From Kiritimatiellia bacterium (lineage in GTDB: Bacteria > Verrucomicrobiota > Kiritimatiellia > RFP12 > JBMNHG01): 64,000 bases of DNA. The DNA is taken from positions 554,337-618,336 of the forward strand of contig JBMNHG010000003.1 in assembly GCA_050950285.1 (NCBI GenBank), read 5' to 3'. The number at the start of each line of letters is the position of its first letter. The first letter of the stretch is position 1. Position numbers and translations under genes: made by a program. Below the pieces are notes generated by a model. That model did not search any database, was not told where the DNA came from, and was given only the letters and a program-made list of their open reading frames with translations. Of this stretch, positions 28,795 to 42,800 are shown piece by piece.

Positions 28795-29763
28795 TCAGAG
28801 GACCAAGCGTGGCAGGTGCCTCAGCTCGATGCCGACAAAGACGTCGAGCCAGGGGAGCTTGACCATCAGCGAGAGGACCAGCACGGCGACGAAGGCGGCG
28901 CACCAGGCCATCAGCCCCCGCTCGCGGTAGAGCTTCTCGGGCTTCTGGGCCGCCGAGTCCTCCTTGCAGGCGATCGCGAGATACTTGCAGAAGAGGGCGA
29001 TCAGGAACGGCACGGACAGCAGCAGCTCGATCTTGTACTTGAGCAGGAAGATGCCGACGAAGAAGGTCGAGCACATCGCGTAGCAGGCCGTCGAGACCAG
29101 CAGCGAGGCCTCCGTGTAGTACTTGAACGACTTGCGGTAGTTCCCCGCCAGCGCGGGGTCGCCGATCATGCGGTACTCCGAGAAGCGCTTGGCCGCCATC
29201 AGGAAGGCGCCGCCCATCCAGTAGCCGAGCAGGATGCTGACGGGCGGCAGCCGGTCCGCCGTCACGACGAACCACCCCAGCAGCATGCGGATCATGTTGT
29301 TGACCGACTCCGACAGGACGTCGAGGAAGGGCACGTCCTTGGTGCGCATGGGCTCCACGTTGTAGACGATGCCCATGGCCAGCAGCCAGGCGAGCGTCAG
29401 GGCGAAGTAGATGTTGATGCTCAGGGAGAGGGCCAGGCCCGCCACGGCCAGCGCGGCATATTCGGCCATGACGCAGCCGAACTTCACGTTGGACACGACC
29501 ACGGGGCGGTGCTTCTTGGTGGGGTGGAAGCGGTCGAAGCGCGCATCGAGCCACTCGTTGACCACGTAGTTGGCCGAGGAGGCCAGGCTCGTGGCCAGCA
29601 GCGCGACGGCCAGATCGATCCAGAGGCGGGCATCGAGCCCGGGCCGGGGCTTGAGCATCAGCAGCGCGACGGCGAAGCCGGGCAGGATGAAGAGGTTTTT
29701 GATCCAGTGGTCAAGCCGTGCGATGCGCACGTAGTCCATGAACGTGGCTTTGGGTTGTGTCAA
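28795..29763 (-). CDS. UbiA-family prenyltransferase, decaprenyl-phosphate phosphoribosyltransferase-like
   Basis: RLDHWIKN, NYVVNEWLDARFDRFHPTKKHRP, AAKRFSE; TTG start with GGAG RBS. Confidence 0.85.
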   Translation of the reverse strand: MTQPKATFMDYVRIARLDHWIKNLFILPGFAVALLMLKPRPGLDARLWIDLAVALLATSLASSANYVVNEWLDARFDRFHPTKKHRPVVVSNVKFGCVMAEYAALAVAGLALSLSINIYFALTLAWLLAMGIVYNVEPMRTKDVPFLDVLSESVNNMIRMLLGWFVVTADRLPPVSILLGYWMGGAFLMAAKRFSEYRMIGDPALAGNYRKSFKYYTEASLLVSTACYAMCSTFFVGIFLLKYKIELLLSVPFLIALFCKYLAIACKEDSAAQKPEKLYRERGLMAWCAAFVAVLVLSLMVKLPWLDVFVGIELRHLPRLVL

Positions 29764-29960
29764 GACAGGATCTCCGGTGTCGTGGCGTGCGGATCCCTCG
29801 TTTCGTGAGAGGGCGGCGGAGACGTTCGGCAGGCGGCCCGCCGCTCCATCGCAGCCGGTGGATTCGGCAAACGGTGGCAAAACAGGCGCACCCAGTCAAG
29901 CCGGGACTTGTGTCGCGCCCTGTGCCATCGCGTACACGGGGGGGTGTGGGGAAAACAGAA

Positions 29961-29994
29961 AACGGCGCGCCGCGAAAATCGCGGCGCGCCGCTT
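29961..29994 (-). terminator. Probable intrinsic terminator after groEL
   Basis: GGCGCGCCGCG-loop-CGCGGCGCGCC stem followed by TTTTCTGTTTT on the minus strand. Confidence 0.65.
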
Positions 29995-30022
29995 GGGTGT
30001 GTAGAGCCGGTGGGCAAGGGGA

Positions 30023-31657
<1,635 letters not shown>

Positions 31658-31694
31658 TGCTGTTTCTCCTTAATCGAAAGCGGGTGGGTTGGAA

Positions 31695-31982
31695 TCAGGC
31701 GATCACGCCGAGCAGGTCCTCTTCGCGGACGAGCTGGTATTCCTTGTCGCCGATCTTGACTTCCGTGCCGCCGTACTTGGGCATGAGCACACGGTCGCCG
31801 ACCTTGACGTCGAAGGCGATTTCCTTGCCGTCCTTGTCGAGCTTCTTGCCGACGGCGACGACGATGCCTTCCATGGGTTTTTCCTTGGCGGTGTCGGGGA
31901 TGTAGATGCCGCCCTTGAGTTCGTCCTTGGCTTCTGCGGGCTCGATGAGAACACGCGCTCCGAGGGGTTTGATCTTAGCCAT
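31695..31982 (-). CDS. groES: Co-chaperonin GroES
   Basis: [21 protein letters not shown]. Confidence 0.99.
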   Translation of the reverse strand: MAKIKPLGARVLIEPAEAKDELKGGIYIPDTAKEKPMEGIVVAVGKKLDKDGKEIAFDVKVGDRVLMPKYGGTEVKIGDKEYQLVREEDLLGVIA

Positions 31983-32079
31983 TATCGGTTATCCTTTCAG
32001 GTTGTGGTACGGGTTGGGGATATCGGGAAGAGGGGGGGTGGCGGCGCGCCGCGCGGCGCGCCGCGGAGGGGGTGGCCGG

Positions 32080-33978
<1,899 letters not shown>

Positions 33979-34020
33979 TGCTACATAAACTCCGTTGACT
34001 GCTATACAAACTCCGTTGAC
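33979..34020. repeat. 21-bp tandem duplication in the dnaK leader
   Basis: TGCTACATAAACTCCGTTGAC / TGCTATACAAACTCCGTTGAC. Confidence 0.85.
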
Positions 34021-34029
34021 TCCTCGTAA

Positions 34030-34046
34030 AGCACCCATCGTGCCAA
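34030..34046 (-). promoter_or_regulatory. Putative sigma-54 (-24/-12) promoter of dnaK-groES-groEL
   Basis: TTGGCACGATGGGTGCT, GG-N10-GC spacing. Confidence 0.7.
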
Positions 34047-34146
34047 GGCTGGCCACGCGTGTTTCGCGGAGTCAATAACATGTTTTCGCACAACGAGTTG
34101 TCGCGATCATAGGAACCCGGACGGGAAAAGGGGGGCCGGGCTGGAA

Positions 34147-34195
34147 TGTCACAAGTGGGACAGTTTTCCGGGAAAGAATGTCACACTTTGCGCCA
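34147..34195. promoter_or_regulatory. Putative tandem enhancer (bEBP) sites
   Basis: TGTCACAAGTGGGACA and TGTCACACTTTGCGCCA, 32 bp apart and about 100-150 bp upstream of the sigma-54 motif. Confidence 0.5.
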
Positions 34196-34277
34196 GGAGG
34201 ATGGCGCGTCATGGGGAGGATTGCGGTTGTTGCGGGCCGCCCCGCGCTTGTTCCGGCGTCCGGTTTGCTCGGCGTGG

Positions 34278-35006
34278 CTAGTCGGCGAGGTAGCTGGTGC
34301 AGGGGATGACGCGTTCGGCGAGGTCGGCGGGGTCCATCTCCAACGCCTCGTGGAGGGGGGTGGCCCGGGAAAGGTCGAGGGATCCGGAGCGTACGCGGCG
34401 GAGGGATTCCATGCAGGCGCCGCAGCCGAGTTTCCGGCCGAGGTCGTGGCAGAGGGTGCGCACGTAGGTGCCCTTCGAGCAGAGCACTTCGAACGACACG
34501 CGAGGGGGGTCCACGGCGGTGGGGAGGAAGCGATACACGTGGATGAAGCGCGGCTCGCGCGCGACGGACTCGCCTTGGCGCGCGAGCTTGTAGAGCCGGA
34601 CGCCGCGAATCTTCACGGCGGAGGCCATCGGCGGCGTCTGGTACTGGTCGCCGCGGAAGGAGTCCATGGCGGCGGCGAGGGATTCCGGGGTGACGGCGTC
34701 GAAGGGCTTTTCGGCGACGGTTTCGCCCTCGATATCCTGGGTGGTGGTCTCTCGTCCGAGGAGGAGCGTGCCGGTGTAGAGCTTGTCGCCGCCCATCACG
34801 CGGTCCGAAAGCGAGGTGCCTCGTCCGAGGAGGATCACGAGCAGCCCGGTGGCGTTGGGGTCGAGGGTGCCGCCGTGGCCGACCTTCCGCTGGCGGAGGT
34901 GGCGGCGGATCACGGCCACGACATCGTGCGAGGTGAAGTCGGTGGGCTTGTCGATGAGCAGCAGGCCGTCGATGTCCGGGGCGGGTGCGTACTTCGGCTT
35001 CGGCAT
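34278..35006 (-). CDS. truB: tRNA pseudouridine(55) synthase
   Basis: KVGHGGTLDP, CSKGTYVRTL. Confidence 0.97.
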   Translation of the reverse strand: MPKPKYAPAPDIDGLLLIDKPTDFTSHDVVAVIRRHLRQRKVGHGGTLDPNATGLLVILLGRGTSLSDRVMGGDKLYTGTLLLGRETTTQDIEGETVAEKPFDAVTPESLAAAMDSFRGDQYQTPPMASAVKIRGVRLYKLARQGESVAREPRFIHVYRFLPTAVDPPRVSFEVLCSKGTYVRTLCHDLGRKLGCGACMESLRRVRSGSLDLSRATPLHEALEMDPADLAERVIPCTSYLAD

Positions 35007-35008
35007 GG

Positions 35009-35428
35009 CTAGGGCTGCGGGTCGGTCGATTCGCCGGATGCGCCGGCGTCGGGGGCGGGCGTGGGTGCGTCTGCCTCTTCGGCCTCCATCCGGATGAGGA
35101 GATTCAGGACGCGATCGCCCTTTTCGACGGATTCATCGAGGCGGAAGTGGAGGACGGGCGTGTACTTGAGCGTCATGGTGCGGTTCACGAGGCGCTGGAA
35201 GTCGCGGCGGTGGTCGGCAAGGGCGCGCAGGTAGCGTCCTTTTTCCTCCTCGCCGCCGAAGACGGAGACGTACACGGTGGCGTTGCGCAAGTCGCTGGAG
35301 GTGACCACGCGGGTGATCGAGAGGGCGGCGAGATTCAGCCCCTCGCCGCCGAGTATGCGGAAGCAGGCCTCGCCGATTTCGCGGCGCATCAGCGCATTCA
35401 CGCGCTCGAGACGGTTGACGGCGGCCAT
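35009..35428 (-). CDS. rbfA: Ribosome-binding factor A
   Basis: RLERVN, SSDLRNATVYVS, LKYTPVLHF; downstream of infB. Confidence 0.95.
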   Translation of the reverse strand: MAAVNRLERVNALMRREIGEACFRILGGEGLNLAALSITRVVTSSDLRNATVYVSVFGGEEEKGRYLRALADHRRDFQRLVNRTMTLKYTPVLHFRLDESVEKGDRVLNLLIRMEAEEADAPTPAPDAGASGESTDPQP

Positions 35429-35433
35429 GGCGT

Positions 35434-38160
35434 TTACAGCGTGCGCTCGAGTTCGACCAACGAGTAGCATTCGACGGTATCGCCCTCGGCGAAGGCGTCG
35501 AAGCCGTCGAAACGGATGCCGCACTCTTGGAGATCCTTCACCTCCTGCACTTCGTCCTGGAAGTGGTGGAGGGAGAGGATGCGGCCGTCGAAGATCTTCT
35601 CCCGGCCGCGAAGCACGCGCACCCGGGCGTCGGAGGTGCGGATGACGCCGTCGGTGAGCTGGCAGCCCGCGACCTTGCCCTTCTTGCCGCTCATGCCGAA
35701 GACCATGCGGATCTCGGCGTGGCCGCGCACGACCTCCTTGTACTCGGGCGGGAGGAGGTTGAGCATCTCCTTCTTCACGTTGTCGAGCAGGTCGTAGATG
35801 ATGCGGTAGGTCTGGATGCGGACGTGGTCGTGTCGCGCCTGGGCCAGCACTCCGCTCTCGTGGCCCACCTGGAAGCCGACGATGAGGGCGTTTCCCGCGG
35901 CGGCGCGCTGGATGTCGTTGTTGTTGATGTTCCCGATGGCGGAGTAGATCACCTTGAGGCCCACCTTCTCGCTGCGGATGTCCTTGAGCGAGTCGACGAT
36001 GGCCTCGACGGAGCCTTGGGTGTCGGCCTTCACCACGAGGGCGAGTTCGGGCTTGTCGGCTTCGGCGGTCATCTGGAGCATGGCGTCCAGGGACACGGTC
36101 TTTGGCGCGGCGAGTTCGATTTCCTTTCGCTCCTCCCTGGCCTGCGCGGCGAGTTCGCGGGCGCGCTTTTCGTTGAGCATCACGCGGAAGGCGGCGCCGG
36201 GCTCGGGTACGCCGGAAAGGCCCATCACGCGCACGGCGATGCCGGGTCCGGCGGACTTGACCCTGCGGCCGCGGTCGCTGGTGAGGCCTCGGACGCGTCC
36301 GAAGTGTTCGCCGCAGAGCACGACGTCGCCCACCTCAAGGGTGCCGCCCATCACGAGGAGGGAGGCGGTGGGGCCGCGGCCGAGTTCGAGCTGGGATTCG
36401 ATCACGTAGCCGTCGGCGCGGCGCGAGGGGTTGGCGCGGAGTTCGAGGATGTCCGCCTGGAGGAGGATCATCTCGAGCAGGTTGTCAATTCCTTGGCCGG
36501 TCTGGGCGCTGACCTCGGCGCACACGATGTCGCCGCCCCAGGTGTCGGGGGTGAGGCCTTCGCCTTGGAGCTGCTGGCGGACGCGGTCGGGCTGGGCCTC
36601 CGGCTTGTCGCACTTGTTGATGGCCACCATGATCTGCACGTTGGCCTGGCGGGCGTGGCGGATGGCCTCGCGGGTCTGCGGCATGATGCCGTCGTCCGCG
36701 GCGATGATGATCACGGCGATGTCGGTGAGGTTGGCGCCTCGGGCGCGCATGGCGGAGAAGGCGGCGTGGCCGGGGGTATCGAGGAAGGTGATCTTCCGGC
36801 CTTGCAGCTCCACGGTGTAGGCGCCGATGTGCTGGGTGATGCCTCCGGCCTCGCCTTCCGTGACGGAGGTCTTGCGGATGCGGTCGAGGAGGGAGGTCTT
36901 GCCATGGTCGACGTGGCCGAGGAAGGTGACGATCGGCGGGCGCGGCCGCATCTGCTCCGGGGCGTCCTCGGGGATGTCGTCGTCGGCATCGGCGGATTTC
37001 AGCACGGGGCGTCGTTCGTTGGAACGGCGCTGGCGATCGAGCTCCACCTTGTAGCCGTACTTGTCGGCGAGGCGGCCGGCCATTTCCAGTTCGATGCGCT
37101 GGTTGATGGAGGCGAGCATGTTCCACTGCATGAGATCCGCGATGAGCTTGTTCGGGCGGAGGCCCATGAGTTCGGCGAGGTCTTTGATGGAGATCGGGCC
37201 GCGAAGGGAGAGCACGCGTTCGGCGGAAACGGGCGCGGCGGGCGCCTTCGGGGCGGTGTCGCCGTAGTTTGCGATGGTGGAGAAGCTGCGGTGGCCGGAT
37301 TGCGTCCGGACGGCACGTGGATCGGGGCGCTGCTGGCCCGGACGGCCTGGAGCCGCACCCTTGCCGCCGCGCTTCCCGGGGCGGGCGGGAGCCTGCGGCG
37401 CGCTGCGGCCCAAGGTCCCGCGGGTGCCGGAACGCTGCCCGCCGCGGTCGGACGAAGCGCCGGCGGAGGCGCCGGGACGGGTCTGCTTCGTTCCCTGGCG
37501 CATCGTTGGCGCGGGGCGGGAACCCCGGCCCATGTAGGCCTCCTCGAGTTCCTCGTCCTCGTCCCTCTCCGCCCGATGGAACTTCTTGCGGGGCCGGTCG
37601 TCCTCCACCATCTCGTCGTCGTCCTCTTCTTCCACCTCCTCCTGGTCGTCGGCATCCTCCACCGGCTCCGGCAGGGTGTCGCGAAGGGAGGGCGGGACGC
37701 CGGGTCCGGACTGCACGGCGGCGGTGAGTTCCGCGGCCAGGGCGGCGGCGGCGGCCTCTTCCGGCGTGAGCGCCTTTTCGGCGGCACGGTCTTCTGTCCC
37801 GGCTTCGGCCGGGGAGGCGGAAGGCGGGGGAACTTCGGCTTCGGCTTCGCCCTTCGCGTCCTTCTCGAGTCGGCGCGAGAAGTCGATGGCGGCCTGGAGC
37901 TTCCGATGCTCCTCTTCCATGCCTGCGGAACGCAGGGCCTCGGCCTTGGCGCGCTTGGCGGCCAACGCCTCCTTGCGCTTCGCCTCGGCGGAGGCCAGGC
38001 TGACGGGGGATTCCTTCTTCAGGCTGGCGCGAATCTGTGCGGCCGCAGCCGGTTCCAGCGTGGAAAGCGCCGTCCGGGCGTCCAGATCCAGAGCCTCGGC
38101 GTGGCGAATCACTTCGCGGACGCTGATGTTCAGAGACTTGGCAAGTTCAACTACTCTCAT
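35434..38160 (-). CDS. infB: Translation initiation factor IF-2
   Basis: [22 protein letters not shown]. Confidence 0.99.
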   Translation of the reverse strand: MRVVELAKSLNISVREVIRHAEALDLDARTALSTLEPAAAAQIRASLKKESPVSLASAEAKRKEALAAKRAKAEALRSAGMEEEHRKLQAAIDFSRRLEKDAKGEAEAEVPPPSASPAEAGTEDRAAEKALTPEEAAAAALAAELTAAVQSGPGVPPSLRDTLPEPVEDADDQEEVEEEDDDEMVEDDRPRKKFHRAERDEDEELEEAYMGRGSRPAPTMRQGTKQTRPGASAGASSDRGGQRSGTRGTLGRSAPQAPARPGKRGGKGAAPGRPGQQRPDPRAVRTQSGHRSFSTIANYGDTAPKAPAAPVSAERVLSLRGPISIKDLAELMGLRPNKLIADLMQWNMLASINQRIELEMAGRLADKYGYKVELDRQRRSNERRPVLKSADADDDIPEDAPEQMRPRPPIVTFLGHVDHGKTSLLDRIRKTSVTEGEAGGITQHIGAYTVELQGRKITFLDTPGHAAFSAMRARGANLTDIAVIIIAADDGIMPQTREAIRHARQANVQIMVAINKCDKPEAQPDRVRQQLQGEGLTPDTWGGDIVCAEVSAQTGQGIDNLLEMILLQADILELRANPSRRADGYVIESQLELGRGPTASLLVMGGTLEVGDVVLCGEHFGRVRGLTSDRGRRVKSAGPGIAVRVMGLSGVPEPGAAFRVMLNEKRARELAAQAREERKEIELAAPKTVSLDAMLQMTAEADKPELALVVKADTQGSVEAIVDSLKDIRSEKVGLKVIYSAIGNINNNDIQRAAAGNALIVGFQVGHESGVLAQARHDHVRIQTYRIIYDLLDNVKKEMLNLLPPEYKEVVRGHAEIRMVFGMSGKKGKVAGCQLTDGVIRTSDARVRVLRGREKIFDGRILSLHHFQDEVQEVKDLQECGIRFDGFDAFAEGDTVECYSLVELERTL

Positions 38161-38249
38161 GGGTTCTTTTCCGATGCCGCCGTGTCAAATCCGCGTCATG
38201 CCGTCGGGGCCGACGCGCGCCTTTTAAAGGGGGAAACGGGATAAATGGT

Positions 38250-39539
38250 CTAGTGGTCCGAGGCGGCCGCCGCCGCGTTCCAGATGCGGTGCGCGACAGG
38301 CTCGTCGAAGCCGGTCGCCTCCTGGATGTAGGGGATCTCCGCCGCGAGGATGCCGTCGGGCGTGAGGAAGCCGTTCTTCACCAGCACCCGCGCCTCGTCG
38401 GTGGTGATGCCCGGAATGCTGGCCAAACGCTGCACGGTCTGGGCGACCTGCTCTTCGAAGGGCACGTCCGCGCCCGTGCGGCGCACATCGAGCCGGTAGC
38501 CCGTGAGCTTCTCGGTGAGGCGGATGTTCTGGCCGCGCCTGCCGATGGCGAGGGAGTACTGGTCTTCCTCCACGTTCACGATCATCACGCCCGGCCGGTT
38601 GGGATCTTCCTCGACCGACTCCAGGCGCGCCGGGGCCAGCGCCTGCGCGACGAAGATGCGGGGGTCTTCGTTCCAGCGCACGATGTCGATCTTCTCGCCG
38701 TCCAGTTCGCGCACGATGTTGCGGACCCGGGCCCCGCGCATGCCCACGCAGGCGCCCACGGGATCGACCTTGTCGTCATGCGTGAACACGGCCACCTTCG
38801 CGCGGTAGCCGGGGTCGCGCGCCACGGCGCGGATCTCGACGATGCCCTCGTACACTTCGGACACTTCGCTGCGGAAAAGCTCTTTCAGGAACTCGCCGCA
38901 GGTGCGCGAAAGAAGGATGGCCGGGCCGCTCTGCGGCTCCCTTTCCTCCCGTCCCTGCTCGCCTTTGCCACGCCCGCCGCGGACGGCCTTGAGGTACGCG
39001 CGCACCTGGTCGCCCACCTGGAAGTCGTCGCCCGCGATCCGGTCGCGCGAGGACAGCAGCGCCTCCGCGTTGTCGCCCAGATCCACGATCACGTCGCGGC
39101 GGTTGATCGCGCGCACGGTTCCGGTCACGATCGTCCCGACGCGGTCCTGGTAGTCTTCGAAGACCTTCTGGTTCACCGCCTCGCGGATCTTCTGCAGGAT
39201 CATCTGGCGCACCGACTGCGCGCCGATGCGCCCCAGGCGTTCGAACGGGATGGGCACGTCGATTTCATCGCCCACCTTCGCGTCTTTGGCCAAAAGGCGC
39301 GCGCGCCGCTGCGGGATGGTGCCGGGGGTGCGCTCGAAGGTCTCGGTGACCCGGGCGCGGTCGATGATGCGCATGTTCAGGCTTTTCGGGTCGACCTCCA
39401 CGCGGACGGCTTCGGAAATCCCGGCACTCTTCTTCGCGACCGCCTGCAGCGCGTCGCCGATCACCTGGATGATCACGGCGCGATCCACGCCGCGTTCGCG
39501 TTCCAGATAGTTTACAACTGCAAGCAGTTCACTGTTCAT
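38250..39539 (-). CDS. nusA: Transcription factor NusA
   Basis: S1 and KH domains; DPVGACVGMRG; AIGRRGQN. Confidence 0.98.
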   Translation of the reverse strand: MNSELLAVVNYLERERGVDRAVIIQVIGDALQAVAKKSAGISEAVRVEVDPKSLNMRIIDRARVTETFERTPGTIPQRRARLLAKDAKVGDEIDVPIPFERLGRIGAQSVRQMILQKIREAVNQKVFEDYQDRVGTIVTGTVRAINRRDVIVDLGDNAEALLSSRDRIAGDDFQVGDQVRAYLKAVRGGRGKGEQGREEREPQSGPAILLSRTCGEFLKELFRSEVSEVYEGIVEIRAVARDPGYRAKVAVFTHDDKVDPVGACVGMRGARVRNIVRELDGEKIDIVRWNEDPRIFVAQALAPARLESVEEDPNRPGVMIVNVEEDQYSLAIGRRGQNIRLTEKLTGYRLDVRRTGADVPFEEQVAQTVQRLASIPGITTDEARVLVKNGFLTPDGILAAEIPYIQEATGFDEPVAHRIWNAAAAASDH

Positions 39540-39600
39540 CCATGCCTACCTTTCCCGCCCCGCCTCGCGGCGAGGATCCATGCAACCAAAAACACAGAAC

Positions 39601-39628
39601 AAAAAAAGAGCGGGCCGAGGCCCCGCTC
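39601..39628 (-). promoter_or_regulatory. rimP/nusA-leader-like attenuator hairpin
   Basis: GAGCGGG-GCCTCGG-CCCGCTC followed by T7, between the promoter and nusA. Confidence 0.7.
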
Positions 39629-39678
39629 CCCGATCCGGCGCGCCGGACGTCGGATAAACCGATTGAAACGACACCGTT

Positions 39679-39707
39679 ACCGTATCCGACCCTCCCCCAA
39701 ATGTCAA
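39679..39707 (-). promoter_or_regulatory. Putative sigma-70 promoter of the nusA operon
   Basis: TTGACA-17 nt-TACGGT. Confidence 0.6.
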
Positions 39708-39853
39708 GTGCAACCCCGTCCGATTTTCATCCGGATTGCGGGCCAGGGGGACGGTCGCGGCGGGGGTCCATGTCCGAGTGCGAAGAGACGGGGGCGGGCG
39801 GAATGACCGCCCCGCCCCCGTCTGGTGTCAAGAGCCGTCGCGGGACGGTGTGT

Positions 39854-42800
39854 TTATCGGAGGATCAACATCGTTCCGGAGCTGCTCTGGTTCTCGTAGC
39901 AACCGAGATCGGCGGCGCTGAAGGCCGTGCGCGGGTTGCCGTCGAGGTCGAATTCGCCGTAGACGTGGACGGTGTCGGCGGCGTTGCGGGCCGGGCTGCT
40001 CATGCGGATGCCGGCATCGAAGGCGGGATCCGACCAGAGGACGGGGGCTTCGGCCGTGCCGACGCTTGCGCAGCAGGGGGTCGGCGGCGATGGGATCGTC
40101 CGCGAAGACGACGCGGCCGGCTTCGCCGACGGGCGTTTCGTGGACGATGTTGTTCGAGAGGGTGATGACCCCTGTTTCCGCGTGGGGGGCGCCGGGGTAG
40201 TTCGTGGCGATGGGGCCGTTCCCGAAGAAGATCGAGTTGTACATCGTGGCCGCGTTGCGGGCGACGTAGTTCCCGGCGTTGCGGACGAAGGTGCAGTTCG
40301 AGAAGCGCGGGGTGAAGGAATATCCGCTGACCATCCCGTAGCGCGGCGCGTTGTCGGCGAAGAGGCAGTTCTGGATGGGCAGCGTGCCGTCGACATACTC
40401 GATGCCGAGGAGGACGTTGCCGGTGTTGCCGAGGAAGCGGCAGCGGTCGATGCGGACCTCCGGGATCGAGTTGATGCCGGCGGAGCCCGTCCCGTAGAAG
40501 TAGACCGCGGAGCCGGCCATGGAGTCGTGCACGTTGCCTGGGTAATGTTGGGGGTTTTGGCCCGTCGGGGCGAACAGCCGGGGTGTCGTTTGCGGCGAAG
40601 GTGCAGTTCGTGACGAAGAGCGACCCGCCGGCGCGGTAGATGGCCAGGGTGCCGAGCGACGAGACGCAGTTCGTGAAGAGACAGGAGCTCACGCGGACTT
40701 GCGAGCCGTCGCGCTGCTGCGTGGTCGAGTCGACCTGCAGGGCGGAGAGGCGCTGGATGCCGTCGAAGACGCAGCCGTCGATGTCCGCGTCGCAGGCGTC
40801 GCGGACGGAGACGCCGCCGGCGAAGGAGAGGCGGTAGTTGTTCCCGCCGGCGAGGGATTGGGTGAAGCGGCAGTTGCGGATGGCGGCGGCGGCGGAGTCG
40901 ACGAGTACGGCGGCCTCCTTCGAATCGCGGAAGGCGACGTTCGCCACGAGGCCGGTGTAGGCGCCGTCGCCGTAGCTGTAGGTCAGCAGGTTCAACACGC
41001 CGTTGGTGCCGTCGATGATGACGGTGGACGGGTCGGCATCGCCGCCGCCGCTCCAGCCGCGGACGGCCACGCCGAAGGGCTCAAGCGGGAAGACTTCACC
41101 GGTTTCTTCGGAGTAGACGCCGGGGAGGACGCGCACTTCATCGCCCTTCGAGAGGCGGGAGATGGCGTGGCCGATGGTTGCGAAGGGGGCGTTGGCAAGG
41201 CCGGTGCCTGTGGCGTCGGAGCCGTTCGTGGAGTCTGCGTACAAATAGCCGGGATAGGCCACAATCGTCAGGACGACCTGAGGCGCGTCCGTCTCGGTGA
41301 AGTCAAAATCGCCGGTGAGGGTGATTTCGTTCACGCCGGTGCCACCCACGATGTGGAGGGCTCCGGAGGAGATGGCGGCGCCGGCGGGGATGAGGGCGTC
41401 ACCCTGCCAGGCGATGGTGCTGGTACCGGTGCCCAGGACGGAGCCGACGCCGATGGAAATGGCGTCCGGGGCCACGGTGTCGGCGAGGCCGATGGAGACA
41501 GGGATGTCCAGCGTTGCGCCTTCGCGGACGTTGATGGTGGTGGAGCCGCCGACCGTGAGGGAGAGGTCGCCGAGGGTGAAGTCGAAGGAGGCCGGGGCGA
41601 CACCGGCGGGGTTGGCGGCGTCGGCAAAGGCGACGCGTGCGGACGCGGGGGCGTCGGCGGCGACGGTCACCACGAGGTTGTTCGTGGTGGCGGCGTCGGC
41701 GAAGACGAGCGTGTTGGTGCCGGAGAGTCCCGTACCGTAGGAGACCGCCGCGGTCACGGGGTAGGTGGCCGCAGGCGGATCAATCGAGACGGGGAGGACG
41801 GTCGTGCTGCCGCGGAAGGCCGATCCCTTGCCGGGGAGCGGGAGGAAGAACATGGGGATTGCCGAGGCGTGGAAGGTGGATTCGTAGCAGCCGAGGTCGG
41901 CGGCGGCGATGCCGTCGTCGTTGTTGTCGGCGATGCGCGCGTGGCCGTCGAGATCCCAGGCGGAACGGTAGGCGTCGGAGGAAGCGGCGTCGATGGCGGG
42001 CGAGTAGGGGCGGGGGCGGGCATCGAACGCGGGGTTGTCCCACGCCACGGAGGGGTTCTCGAGGATGGGATCGGCCACGACCACGGTGCCGAGGTCGATT
42101 TCGGTGAAGCCGCCGCCGAGGGCGGTGTTGCCGAGGATGCAGCGGGAGAGTCTCACCTTGGCGGCGCCGCCGGCCGCGGAGAGGGGGCCATCGTTCACGA
42201 AGATCGAGTTGTAGAAGCAGCATTCGAAGTTGCTGTTGTCGCCGGCGTAGAGGCCGGTGCCGTTGCCCGCGAAGGTGCAGTTGCGGAAGTACGGGCTGAA
42301 GCTGTAGCCGCGGAGCATGGAGGTCGTGGGGACGTTGCCGGCGAGGAGGCAGCTCGTGAAGTGGAGGGTGGAGTGGTCGCCCGCGATCACGTGGTTGCCG
42401 GTGTTGCCGAGGAAGCGGCAGCGGTCCGCGTCGAGGCGGTTCCTCGTGCCGTGGGTGCCGATTTCAACCCAGATGCACGAGGCGGCGTAGGAGTCGTGGA
42501 TGTGGTTCTTCTTCTGCGTGGTGTTGGTTCGGAAGACGCAGTTGGTGAGATTCCAGGCGTACCACGAGGCGGGGAAGGTGGCGACGGCGCCGTAGAAGGA
42601 CGAGTTGTTTTCGAAGAGGCAGTCCACGAGGGTCACGCGGCGGTCGCCGGAGGTCGCGAGCGAGAGTTGCGTGGCGTAGGCGGCGGCGCGGCGGGTCATG
42701 TTCGTGAAGACGCATCCGACGGCTTCGACGCGGCTGTTCTCGCGCGCCCACAAGCCGCCCGGATTCGTTTCGGAGGCGGTGGACTGGGTGAAGGCGCAAT

